DNA of 64,000 nt, taken from assembly GCA_051294905.1 (NCBI GenBank), contig CM119376.1:24924001-24988000 (forward strand), given 5' to 3'. A program made the translations under genes and the position numbers. The stretch is from Botryllus schlosseri. Lineage: Eukaryota. Position 1 is the stretch's first letter. Each line of letters begins with the position of its first letter. Positions 40,456 through 54,028 of this stretch are shown here, piece by piece. The notes beneath the pieces were generated by a model, which was not told the origin of the DNA, ran no database searches, and saw only the letters and a list, made by a program, of their open reading frames with translations.

Positions 40456-43400
40456 TCACCGGCCTTGGCAAGATTTGCAACATTGCGCTCCGAAGAACTT
40501 GTGCGAGCACTGGTTGTGCTGCGGCACCAAACCGCACCATTTGTACTTATCCACGCACGGGGCATCGTCTGTAGAGAGTAAATACGATACGTGACCGATC
40601 GGAAAAGCGCACACACAGTAACGCGACTGTGCAAACAACGGCATTGTAAAAGACTTACCATTGTCGGGATTTATTGGGCATTCGTTGGTATTACACGACC
40701 GCTCCGATCCTGGCTTCGCCATTCCGCTGCACAGTTGCGGAGACCTGGAGATTTTTCCGCCGACCATGCATCGTACGAATCTGCTTTGCTGGCCGCCTCC
40801 GCAAGTAGCCGTACACTGCAGGAAAAAATATGTTTTTGGTTTCGTGCCAGTGGTGAATACCACCTTGAATTTTACCTCAGTCCAAGGGGCTGTAATCCAC
40901 CTAGGCGCAGTCGTAGACGGTCTATTACGGCTTGATTTCAAATGGTGGTGACGCGTGATATGTCGCGATGGTGCGGAGGTTGTAGTCGTAACGGGTTCTG
41001 TGGTTGTTGTAGTTGTGGTTGTAGTTGTAGAGCACCGCCTGAGGTGACAGCTTTTGGTGAGAGATATCTTCGGCTTGGGCGTACGCCTGCACTTTCTGGG
41101 GTTTACGGATTTGTAGCGGCCGTAAACGTTTTTGAAAGTACATCTTAATTGCCGTGATTGCGTGCCCTCTCCGCATTTACTGGAGCACTAAAGAGACGAT
41201 GATAACATTTAAGTACATAAAAACGATCCGATTAGTTTAATTATACCCTTACCCGACTCCAAGATGTAATGAACCACTGGAACCGTTTAGGACAGTACGC
41301 TACTACGCACGATTTCCGCGCGTGTGGTTTCGAGTCAACTCCGCAAACACTGTCGTCTTCTCTACGCAGCCCGCTTCTGCATGCAACAACCCGAGTGCGG
41401 TATCCACGACCACAAGATCGGGAACACTGAAACCGTAAATACTTGGCATAAACACACGATTTATATTAAACAGGTGTGATAGTAACTAACCTGTGACCAT
41501 TGCGTGGTTCGCCATCTTGCTGGACATTCGTCCTTCGCGCATATTTGGCTGCGACGCGGTTTATGGCTTAAATCGCACTGGTTGGGCGAAACGTATTCTT
41601 CTCCCGACGCTGTTATCCTACGGCAAGTCACACGTCTCGTTTGTAAACCGCCGCCGCAAGTCCGACTGCATTTACTCCAATCTTCCATATGCCACCTGGC
41701 ATCAAACGAAAGTTATATAATGCTTGTTGATTAACGCGTGTTACTAATAACTTACTTCGCAGGGCACGGTCCTGGGTTACAAGGAACAGCTGATGTTTCC
41801 GGTTTAGGTTCAGCGCATGACTCGTCATCCACAACACGCCCTTGGTCTTCTACGCACACATATTCAATGCGTCGGAGACCTTCATCATAATTTCGAAGTT
41901 AATATCACAGAAATTGAGGGCATATAATTACGCATGAAAACCATTACCTCCTGCGCAAGATTTCGAGCATTCTGATTTCTTTGCTTTCCAGCTATAGGTG
42001 TGCGGTGGCTCTGTAGTTTCGTAAGGCAGTGCGTTGTTGAGTTCGTGCGTCGCGTACGAATATGAAATCCCGGGATTCTCTCTAACTATCAAAGCCTGTA
42101 AAATAAAACCTACATTCAGCAATCAATATTTCCGCGAGATCAAAGTATTTCGTTACCTCTATTACAATATCCTCAGTCAAGGGACCATCGGACTGCAATA
42201 TTTCGCTACGTAATGCCTGACGTTTGTACTCCCATTTCGCGCCAGCGAAGTTCACGTCTCCGTACAAGTTGACGCGCCAGTTCCCGTTCAGATAGTATCT
42301 GATGAATCGAAAGTATAGCCATGCGTTAGCAATGAGTTTAACCGGTACAAATTCCATCAACAAATTACCTAGTCGGACTTGACGCGCTCCTTACTGCTAT
42401 GTACGTGTGCGTGCAGCATTCCTCTTCCCACACTTTAACAGCGGTTGCACCTGCCGGGATCCGTGTGACTTTGTAGTAGCCTTGAAAGGGAAGGATTAAG
42501 TTATTACTCTGCCTTTACCCGTCTGTGTAATCTGCAATTTCGTACTCACCACTGTCTTCCACCGTGTCTCTAAATGCCCCGTTAACAAATTGACACGTCG
42601 AATTATCTCCGTTGCAAACTCCACAAGCATCGACTGACGCGTTCGAGTTCAGTACATTGTCGCACCCGACACGCTAAACAGCAAATTTGAAATGTTAAGA
42701 ACTTGTCACAAATTTGACGCAGCAACACTTTACTCACAACGCACTGCCCCGCGATGCAAACGTCGTTCGATTCCCCGTCGCAAGACGTCCCGTCAACTAC
42801 CTGCGCGGCAAGACGGTCGAAAAACGCGTACCCTTCCGCCTCGCAGAGCAATTCGCATCTGTTCAAGTCTAAACAGAGAAACCCTGTTAATAACAAAGAC
42901 TTGATATGATGATTCCTTCTCTTACCATATTTCCAGTATTTCTTGTACGGAACCCAGCTGAAATACTGTTTTCTGTATGGTTTTCCGTTGAACTCAGCGC
43001 ATTGTTGAGCTCTGAAATCGACTGCAGACGCGGGGCATGCTTGCGTGCCGCACAGCTCGTAAACGGTATCGTCTCCATCACAATATCTGCCACCGTATCT
43101 CGGCGATGGACTGTTACACTGCCGCTTTCGCTGTCTCACGCCACCGCCGCATGTTCTAGTACAAGCCGACCACGAATCAAAATCGGACCAGCCTCCGTTT
43201 ACCGCGGTCGGCCCGGATGAGCTTCGTGACACACATTCTCCCCGTCTACACCACTGCGAATTGAAATAAAGAGTATGAGACATTCAAATTTTGCGTGTTT
43301 CGATAAAGTCGTACCATATTTCTGCCGCATTCAGTCCCTTCTGCGGCCGGCATAAATTTGGTTTCGCAGACACCGTTGCTTCGTTGACACCACAACGCTT

Positions 43401-46400
43401 TACATACTGTATGCCGCTGCAAAATTCAACACACAATTCAACGCTGTTGTACGTGAAGAGCTTCTTGAACGTACAGAACTTCACTATACAGTTGAATAAT
43501 ATATTCATATTGACATGTCAATATATTATGCTATTATACTGGAAAGTAAAATATGCGTAACTTACTTGACGCCCCATGTGTCTGAAAAAACACACGTCGA
43601 CACCTTTGCCGAATTGCATTACGCATTGCTCCCGCGCGCTGTATAACTCTCCAGGTAGTTTCTCTCTATTTACGGGGCTGCCGGCGGACAAAGCGGCTGG
43701 CGACTGATTGCCGTCATCCAAACAACTAGAATGCGCAGATCTAAAGCAAGATTACAGCTGTTAAATTCATGCTCATACGCTCTTACCTATAGGCGTGTGA
43801 CTCCCTTACCTTAAAAATTGCTGCATCGCCTTGCGACTGCATGAGGACCAGGTGAATACTCCGTTGTGGGTGTTGAGCGTCGGGGACATGAGATGCCCGT
43901 CCCTTTTACTGCATAAGTTCCCTTGGCTATCATGGCTCATTCCGAAGCTGTGAGAGCAACGCGTATTGACTCAATGATGAAATAAAGCCGGTTGTAACAT
44001 ATTAGGCGGCATAGGCGCCAACCATCTCAGAGGAGGTGTTTATTTTCTCGCTCCGATACCATTCTATGGTACACCTTTTGGTTCTTATTTACACATTTCC
44101 TCTGTTAAATCCATAACAAAGCAATATTTACACTTTAAAACGCTCTTTTCAAAATCACATAAATTGTAGCGAAGATCAAAACCGCGCACGAGAACGGCTT
44201 TCGACACATTTGGCATCTAAAATCAAAGGCCGGTTGCCGAGCGCACAATCGCAAATACGCGAGACTTGTTTTCATTATCACAAAAGATCGGGGCATCTAC
44301 CTGTGTCCGGTTTCATGGGCGACTGTGAAAGCCAACCCGAGGCCCATATCTTCGTTAATCGTGCAGCTGTCGGATTTACTACACATGCCGCCGATTTGCG
44401 CCAAACCTGAAATCACAGAATCAATGCATTTAAAAACACTGCCATTGATCACGTCACCAGGTTGTTCATTACCGAGAGTGTCACAGGGTCTGTTTTGGTT
44501 GATGCAGATATCAATTCCCGTTAATAAAATAGAATGGTCCGGTTTCCGCCCGGTCGAAGTGTTCGATTTAGATTGCCAATGACAGAAGTTTGACAATGAC
44601 TTGTCCGCGCGGTGCGAAAGCCTAAGCTCCTGCAAATGAATAATAAGCTGGAAACTGACATGCTGTATACTACAATTCAACCTCTATTAAATCACCATCA
44701 CTTTCACGACGGTATCACTATTACGTCATAATTTACAATGAGCGAATTCAGTACCTTGTCGTCTTCAAGCAGCTTAATCCCGATTAGAGAAATCTCAACA
44801 TCGCTATCCAAAGTTCCATCTTTAAATAGACTTGTCACCTGCAATAAATTGTACGCGTTAAGACGAAATACCCGGGCCGGCTATGCCGACTGATACTTGT
44901 CAGTATTCAATGCGGGCCGATCGCAAAGTCGCTCAAAATTCGTGAAATACCGCAGTAGGCGGTCTCGTATCAGCAGGATAAATACCATACCATCAACACG
45001 ACCTATTAGTGATGAATAGTACAAGTCCACTAAGGCAGAATGCGGAATGTTTCCGTGATGAATCCAAATATTCAAAGACAGCGTGATACACAACCGCATT
45101 CCTATCCCTAAAGAGGAGGGCCGATATTGTCTTTAAGCGACAGCCCGGTATTTTCGCTGGAATGCTAGAATGCTAGAATTGAAAACTCCTTCATTGTGTC
45201 GCGGAATCAGGAAACCATGTTTGTGATGGGATCATTATGCGACTTGTACACGCCCCGTGGGTCGTTTTGGATGTGATGCAGGAGACATGACCGCCCGTAT
45301 TCCTTTTCCGAGTGTTCTATTTTAAGACTCAGTGTGAATGGACATGGATGCCATAAGCCTATTGAGAAGTTCTGTAACGATGCGATATTTAGGAGCTGTT
45401 TTCTCCGATTTTCTATTGCTTGCCTGTTACGAGCCTCGGACTATACACAGGTACGGTAGCGTAATTGTTAGAGTTGTATTCATTCAATAAAATTAGAAGC
45501 GTCGAGCAGGCGCCTTTTGCAATCCCCGCTGTGACTTTGGCATCCAACAGATGCATGAGTCAGCGGCGCGGGGTGGCGTGGACGCGTAATTGCTTTGCGA
45601 GACTTTGCCCGCTCCGAGCACGCAGCCACTCACTCAGCCTATGGTAAATTGCGATTGACGGTACCGGGAGTAGTTGTTGAAATAATATCAATTCAGCATT
45701 CAGAGTAATTTTCACGGGGACTTAAACCGGAGCATTTGCGCCGTAATGGTGTTTGAAATTTGTCCGTCCGCATACACGTAGGACCGTAGGTTGTCAGTAA
45801 CGAAGAACTTCTACTTCAGTCGATCTTCCACTATTGCTTACTCGGGTGAATATAATATTCGACTTCTTTTACTTATACTAAACAGTTTACGAGATGATAT
45901 TGATAGCGGTGGGGCGCTGTACCGAGTCGATATCAATAAATTTGACGCATGCTGAATAAGATTCTGCCTTGTCCTAAAGCAGAATAAATCATGAAACTGA
46001 CCATGTTCATAACGGTGAGAATATAAGTGGTGACGTCGACTCTGTCTCTCTCGTGGTTCCTGACCAATTGGCTGTCGGCAACCACCAGAGTTTCCACAAT
46101 CCTTTTCCGCCTGCCACCCGGCCCGTCGGCAGCGGACCTCTTTGATCTGTGCGTCTCGGAGTTTGCGACGTCCAGCCCCGCGCTCTTTTCATACTCGTGT
46201 TCGACTTGATCGCGCGATTTGAGCACAATAGCGCCGTCCGACAAGTGCCGAATTTGGGCGTCGAGATCAGACGATATCGCCGTTGGATCTGCAATTAGAG
46301 GATGGGAAATGATTGCCTACAGGTCAGATAATCCGTGCCGGGATCAAAGAAACCGGGCTTGCTCCGGTGGCTACATAAAGCGCTCGGGCTAACCGCAAAT

Positions 46401-49400
46401 TTAATGGCGCCGCGATCAAGGCGATGATGTACTCGGCGGCATGTCGCTACTGTATACGAGACATTTCTGATAGATACGCCTGGATATATAATAAGGATGA
46501 TGATGGTTAATGAATCTCAAAATTCAGGCAATTTACCAAATGTCGCTACGGTCCACGCGATTCCCACACTATCAGCTCTACAAGTGGGTGCGCGGGTGGA
46601 CAGTTCGTGTATATATAGGTGTGAAATGATTGCGTGAATTCCAAATTGAGTTCAACGATTTTTTAGCTAATTGCTAACCGATTGCACGCCGTCCATTACT
46701 TTATCATAAATCACACGGCAATGTGTGACGGGATCAGATTGGCCAAACACGAGCTCCTATAATCTTGTCGCGTGAGTCATATTTCAAACAATCATCAGGG
46801 GCGTAAAGTGCCGAATTCAAATCGGGTTGTGTTTGTACTATTTAATGGTAATCCGCATTGACCATGCTCGAAGGGCCGAGATTTACAGCATTTGTCTGCA
46901 CTGTCTTATCACACGTACAACACCAAAGAGAGCGACTTTCCCGTTCAACCCACTATGCCGAAGAAGTAGGGCTTTAGGTTAGAGTGCAGTTGATTATGAG
47001 AATCTATTCGATATCCATAGTAGCCACCCATTTTCCCACAGTCGCATATAGTAAGCACCGTACTATTGATCCGAGATAATATTGTATTTACAAATAATCA
47101 CATATATGACCGACCGCGGTCGGAATGGTAGCGGTGTTTACGCTACCACGCCGTATTTATGAATCAGAACTTGTGTGGATATCCCAAACATGATCGATAT
47201 CAGTTCACATGCCATGCAAATCTCGTTCAAGTGCCTTAGGGTGCTGCGTTACCTTTCCCATGGCTTATATTGATTCAAAACATGGTGGTATATTTGATTT
47301 ACCCACGCGTTTGCAAACTATAGCTGTCGCTAAAGAAAGATCCGGTTTATCTTAGAGGCACTTCCTCTAAAACCACTACAGAACGGTGTTGTGTCTACTC
47401 AAAACTGAATAAGCCGCGACACCACAGTAGTTACCCGGGCGAAGGTCGCGAACATGTCTTATTATCCTGTTGACAAACTACGAACCGCAGTATAGCGCGC
47501 TGTTGCAAGTCACAACACGGCCAAAAAGCGAGGTGTTAGGTTTTCGGACTACCTGCATCATCTGTCATTGGTTGCATTGTTCTGCGGTGTATCGTGGTAA
47601 ACTACACTACCCGTGAGACTATCCCCGTTCAACTGAGACTGTGTGCATCATTCCTAATGACAGGTGACGTGTCGACTGTATCGTAATAATGACGACGAAA
47701 ATAGATTGAATAGAATATCGCGCTGAAATCAAACCCTCGGTAAATGAAGCGCTGTCGAATTTAGAACAAACGGAGCAATGTCGGCGTCTTTGATCATCCT
47801 GTATCTTACATATCACAGCCTGTCGTTTATATCCGTTTACGGGCTGAGCTAAACCAAAGAGCCAACTAATAATATCACACTATGGTCAATCGCTACAAAT
47901 TCCACTACTCTACAATGCGGTTTATCGGTTGCTGCATAAGCTAGTAACTTATTTTCAACTCACGTCTTTTCTGCTTGCCGCAATAATGTAATTTTCGTTT
48001 GCCGTTTCCCAGATGCTTCCTTTTGTATACAATATGTGGTCTTTGCGGTTCGGGAAAATCGTGGTTCAAATCGTCCGAAATTGGCTCGATGATGAAATCA
48101 TCATCCCCAGTTCTCAACAATCCAGACTAAAAAAAATGCACATACTGTAAGATTTGGCATGAGTGCTAATATGTGGTAGGCATAGCTTGTCCACACCCCC
48201 ATTACCTTGAGACATCTATTCTCGGACATACAAGCGCGAATTATAGCATATTCTTATTGAAATACGGTAAAAAGTACCCGTACGTTTCATATTTACTCTG
48301 TGCACTGTGTAGTCTCAGGTGTTTCACCGACTCCACCATCTTCGTAAATGATAATGATAGACGTACAAACGCCGGGGAAAGAACAAGGCTTACGTTTAGT
48401 TTGTTTATTCGAGAAAGCATCACAAATTTCAATATCGTCCTTCTCTCCCATGGGAAGAATGCGCGATTGCTTATTATTGCGATTAACGGCTATTCCCACT
48501 TGAAGTCACGTACATTCAGGCTTTGTTAGTGAAATACATCCTACGACAATGGGTGGTCCTGCGCAGGTGCATCGGAATTACGACGCTTCAGAGCTCAGTG
48601 CCAAAGATATAAATCCACTGTCCGCATGTGTGATGTCATAGAATACGGTATCCTGATGAAATCAGATCTATGATACCGATACGCTCTAAACTTAGCTACC
48701 GTTCAGGTTCGACATAGAGTTCTTGCGATGATCTCACCGCCAGACAAGCAGTCTATTGTGACCGAATCATTGCCATAATCTTAAAACCGCTGTTGCCTAA
48801 TAACAGGATTCTTTTGTGTCTCGCATTGTGTTATGTTTATCCTGTCAGACGGAGTCATCAGTCACCCGAAAAATGACGGCGCTCCGCCCGCGGTTTTGGA
48901 ACTACATCGCCGACAAACAACCACAAACAGCGGTCTCGTACTTTGGGTAATAGTCTCTGAGTGTAAAACCCACTCGTGCACGACGTTGATACATTCCGCG
49001 AAAGATGTAAACTGAAAAAGCTTATTGAAATATGATGGTGTTTGGGGTGCCGATTCAGAGAATGTATCGGTGTGACAAGCCTTACTCATTCGCTAAATTG
49101 GAGCCTGGGGTAGTCATCGGTAAGCGTGTAACATATAGGCCTGACAAGCACACGAACAAAGCATTTCCAGTTTCCGAATAACCTCTTGCCCGCAATTAGA
49201 TCAGATTACGAGCGGGAGAAATCGCAAAAATCTCTACCTCCGATGCATTTTCTTCGAGTGATTCATATTTCGTTAAAAAATAGTTTTCAAGCTACCCGCA
49301 TGTTTGCAATTTAGATTACATAATGTTACGCATTTGATAGCATTACTCACCAGGCCACCACTGCACAGGCTGACTCCGGCCGTTCTGTTTTCGTGTGAAA

Positions 49401-50744
49401 CCATACGCGCTTCGTAGTGACAATCCAGTCCGATCGTGCGTTCGGGTATCTCCTCAATTTCTCCAGTTTCGGTGCTACGCCGTACCCGTTGCACGGAAAA
49501 GCTGGGTGATATCAACGAACTGGGGTCTCCCAGGAACAGGCGAAAGTCTTGACCGTGTGCTTTGAGTCCTAGTAACAGATTTGGCGGCCCGTCCGCACTG
49601 CGGCGAGCACGTTTGTGGGTCAATGAGTGAGAAACGTGAGCCCCGTTGAGATCCAAAATTTCCGGAATGGTGATATCGAAATCTAAAATATGTTAATGCG
49701 GTATGTTAGGTTACGTGTAACTCATATACCTGACGTCACTATAACTACGAATTATCTAGACTTTATATTGTGCGATAATCCTCATTCAGCGTCATAGCGC
49801 GCGAAAAGCTAACGCTTTACGTGTTGTATAAACCAGACAACGTACAACAACGACATATTGTAGTAACAGGAATGATAATTTTGTCGATCTTTCGAAACGA
49901 CTTCCCGCAAAGCGTAATCCATCGAAAGCGCTCAATTTTACAGATAATTCAACCGCATTATTCCCACCTTCTAAGTGACCGTGTGTTGTACTCCGGACCA
50001 GCCGATGCAAGGTGTGGTGAGACTCGGTGTAATGCGATTTGGAACCAGCCAAAGCGCGACCTTCAATCTGAAATTAAATGAAACAGCCTTTACTTCCGGA
50101 TAATTAACACTTCCATTACCTACGCTGCGTAAATTACAGCTTTTCTCAACCGGGATAGTCTGCTGTGGTACAGCGCGAATCACGTTTGGACAGAGTGCCC
50201 ATCCGATTAATCTCAAGAGGATATCATTTCAGCTGTAATTGCGGTTTGGATGTGGCGGCCCGGTTATGATTACCGTACTTTCAAGTCGTGCACCTGCGGT
50301 TTCTGGACGCACAATGGAAGCAGTGTGCGCCGTTTCGATCGGACAAACACAGGCTCTCGGGACAATTTCATATTTCGCGGCTTTAAATACACAATCAATA
50401 TCCGTCTACTATTAGCAGCCAGAGCCACGCCGGCGTAGTACTACGTTACCAATAAATAGCGGCAGCCGAGCGAACGAAAATACACGGGATTCACTCTCGA
50501 TGCTGTCTGGCCCGAAGCGTAAAAAGTAGAAAGTAGACGATGCGTCTGGCATTACGAAGCTGCTATTTTTAAAATCTGACCGTATCGATGCACTGCATCG
50601 ATTTGAATATTTCGAATGCGTGATTAGCAGGACATATAGGTCAAATTCAATACCGCGGTAACAACTACAAAGCCGATTACTTACCAAACTAAATTGTAAC
50701 AGCACCATAATAAATACGATCCCCGATCGCCAAGAGTTTTGCAT
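40456..50744 (-). CDS. ADAMTS16/18-like: ADAMTS16/18-like secreted zinc metalloprotease, paralog B (~23 exons, ~1238 aa); closest of the three to vertebrate ADAMTS16/18
   Basis: Exons 5'->3': 50744-50685, (50162-50120 tentative), 49682-49351, 48126-47964, 46288-46002, 44838-44755, 44629-44473, 44406-44301, 43947-43810, 43740-43566, 43416-43315, 43253-42926, 42868-42738, 42673-42550, 42480-42369, 42298-42157, 42095-41948, 41879-41756, 41695-41491, 41426-41253, 41187-40876, 40815-40659, 40568-40456. Motifs: signal [79 protein letters not shown] and [28 protein letters not shown]. Several of these (e.g. the pro-domain, [12 protein letters not shown] and PLAC motifs) match the ADAMTS16/18 clade. 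Confidence 0.93.
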
Positions 50745-53700
50745 GATGTAATAATATTCCTTGCGCTTTCCGGATAAACACGATACGTTATTCCGGCGTG
50801 ACGCGCTGCAAAGTTCCGATCATATGCAGAGTCTGTTCCCGCAGTATGAATCGCGACTAAGGCTACTTCAGGTACTTATAAATATACACTGAGAAATAGA
50901 TCATTATTAAATGCGTTTCCGATGAATAGCGTACGTTTCTAATTGGGCACGCCTCATCACTGAAGGATCCAAATGTATTCCCAGGGATTCATCCGCGATG
51001 CTGGCGCAACCACTGTGCGCGAATGAATGTGGCGAACAGTGGATAGGGGCTTATATTTGGACAAAGATATAGACGCTGACACTCTTCCGCAAAACTTTTT
51101 TGAGAGAATAGCTAGCGCGGTGGCGCGGAACGTGGTGAGTAAAACGTAGCCAAGGCCGAAATCAGAGGGACTTCACCACTCGCCGATAAATTGAGCCGCC
51201 ATGTCATGGTTTGTAATTATAATTAATCGCTACGAATTAACTAAAATGCATCACGTCCAATCGTATGTTTGTGCTCGTATTTGGCAGTTATAGTCCCACA
51301 TACGGTACGGTACGGTCCCTGTTATTTTTGCGCTTCATCAGCAAGGGTAATGATACAAAGGGACCGAGCTGGCGCTGATAGAGCGATGTGGCGTGAATGT
51401 TGCCGCGATGCTGAGCATGCTACGCCGACCGAACTGTCGTATATTTCCCGACCCAGGTATAGACTGACATAATCACCATGTATGAAGATATAAATTACCT
51501 CTGCGAGCAGCTAAGTGAATTCGTACCAATCAACATGCGTTGATCGAATCGACCCCTAGTCAAAATCAAACTGATAAATACGTTACTGCTCTCTGCTCTA
51601 CAAATTTACGCATCACCGCGAGATTAGAATATAAGTCTGGCCAATAATAACTTCAGTTGATTAGGTGGTTTTTCATGTGGTTACGACAGGGGGAATTCAA
51701 GGGACCTATATACTTTATCCAAGTCCTGTGAACTGCCACTGACTGATGGATTCATAATTGAAAATGCGTAATAGCCTTATACACTCGTCTTATATAGGAT
51801 CATCATCGTAATCCTGCTTCATATATATTCGGTAAAATAAATCATTCAACTCGGTCTAATGAGGCAAAAGTTAGGAATAGCCAAGCCATACGTGGGGAAG
51901 GCGAAACGTTGGTAAATCCACTCCTCGCACACTATAACTGGTTTCAAAAGCTCGTCTTCCTAATTCATTGGGCTCCCAGACGTTTAAGTACCACAGTACG
52001 CGATGAATGAGTGCTTCAGCATTTGAGCCGATGCCCTCGGTGTTAGTAAGTTGAACGTAATCTCGGCTCTGGGAAACTATCTCAAATTCACTGCCCCTGG
52101 CATCCGGTGCGGAACTGTAAATCGAAATGGATAACGTCGCTTCTGCTAGTTTTATGAAAGGACTCAACATTGTTTATTTTTGTCTGAATAGGAAATCTAT
52201 GATACTCCTTTAGTGGTGTCTTGTCGTGTACCTGCTCTCGCGGTGAGTTCCAAAGTCAACAGTGCGAGGTCTCGCAATCTTCCATAAGAGAAAATGAATT
52301 GGCTTGTTTGTCGGGCAAATACCTGACCGCGAAGGCCACAATAGCCCGTAAGCTATGCGCTTGATAATGTGGCAAATTACAACCTAACCATGGCTCAAGT
52401 CGAATCGAATTCAATCGACTAACAACACAATAGTAGCGGTATGTACAATTGTACATGTGCATGTGCACTGTGCAGATTGTGCACAGTGCAGTGTGAACCC
52501 CAGCGGAATATACAACTAGTATTCAATCAATACAATTATCGAATTTCCCACGAGAGCCGTAGCCTTATCAAGCGCTCTCGTCTGAAAAACTATTCACACA
52601 AGTTCCAGCAACCGATAATAACCCACAGCGAACAAATCGCGCCATATCCTCTACAAGCATAATTTCATTCCGACGCCACGGGGTCCGCTTGAAAAGATAC
52701 TGAACAGCGGAATAAATACATATCTTCGCCTTAATGTGACAAGCACCGTACCACAAAACCTTTTGATGTTTTCCACTCAGCCATAGCTACGTAAATGTAA
52801 GCTCCGTACACTCAGTCTAAACTAATATTGTTCGTGCGTAAAGCAACGGAAAATACACCAATTGAAAACGGCACTTAATATTGCTTTATCGAACACAGTT
52901 GACTATGGCGAACTTAGATGCTACGGAACACCGCACTGCCTAGAATATGGACCCCTGAGATAACCGTTATAATTCGACAGACTACGATTCATAAATAACA
53001 CCAAACTAAGGGGTATGGACTGTAATTGAATGGGGGTAACCCGGCACCGAGTTTTGAGAGAGAAAATAGGTCGTAACATTATGCAGTGTGGACCCCAATA
53101 TTTCACGTCCGGGGTGCGTACTGCCCTGCCCTGCCGCTTCCTTCAGTTCCTCATTTGGTTCTTCACGAACTCTACGCTAGTATAATCTGAATCGATTTTT
53201 TCATTCATAAGTAATAGGTAAATTCTTAATCATCATTATCTTAATGGTGATGTAATGGGTTCAGCACTTGGGTAGTACCACAGTATCTAGCAGGAAGTAA
53301 ATAATCCCGCTTTGTATCGTGAACGGATCGATTTCAGATCGCCGGGTAATATGTTTTACCCGCGCCGTCTACATAGCTGTTATGATCGGTAGGATTGACT
53401 TTCTCTCGTCGGCCTGCTATCGAGTTACCAATTGAAGCGTTCGGGGCATTGTAGGCCTCGTTTTGTGGAAATTAAGCATGCTTGTATGAGGCAAACACAT
53501 CTACCGGCGGCCTTCTGATGTTCGAGAAACATATAATATTGAATAGGACTGAACAATAGCCGCGACCAGTTTAGAAACTACATATCCTCGTTCTATACTT
53601 CGCCGTGCTCCGAAACGATGTTGCACTTTGTATGAAATGATCCGAGCGATAACATGATCGCATCGCCACGAGTCTGCCACACGAGGACAAGAGTTATGAC

Positions 53701-54028
53701 GGATGAGTAACATGTAGCCAGCATATTACACATAACTTGTGGAGAGCATATAGATAAACGTCCTTGTTCAGTCCACGGTAGGACAATAAGCGGAATTCGA
53801 GGCATTCCATTAGGCTAAAACAATACACTTCCGTTAATCTTGTTTACGTCAAACCGAATAAGACAAAGGTATACTTCCCTTCCGTCCAAATCATACCACG
53901 CCGACCTAAAGGCAGTGAGACTACCTAACCCGCTCTCGAGTTGTGAAGTGGTAACCAATACCATCAACGATTTATCCACAAATAAGTCGCCGGAGCGTCT
54001 CAATGTTTCTTCCCTCGTCTCATTAGGT

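Noticed and set aside
44880-45340. Possible RT remnant in a gene B intron (also 19400-19700)
   Set aside because: Only isolated short motifs (RPIS, IDYVV) without consistent order or frame.
46321-46480. Candidate pro-domain exon of gene B
   Set aside because: No phase-0 acceptor. The true exon ([15 protein letters not shown]...) is at 48126-47964.
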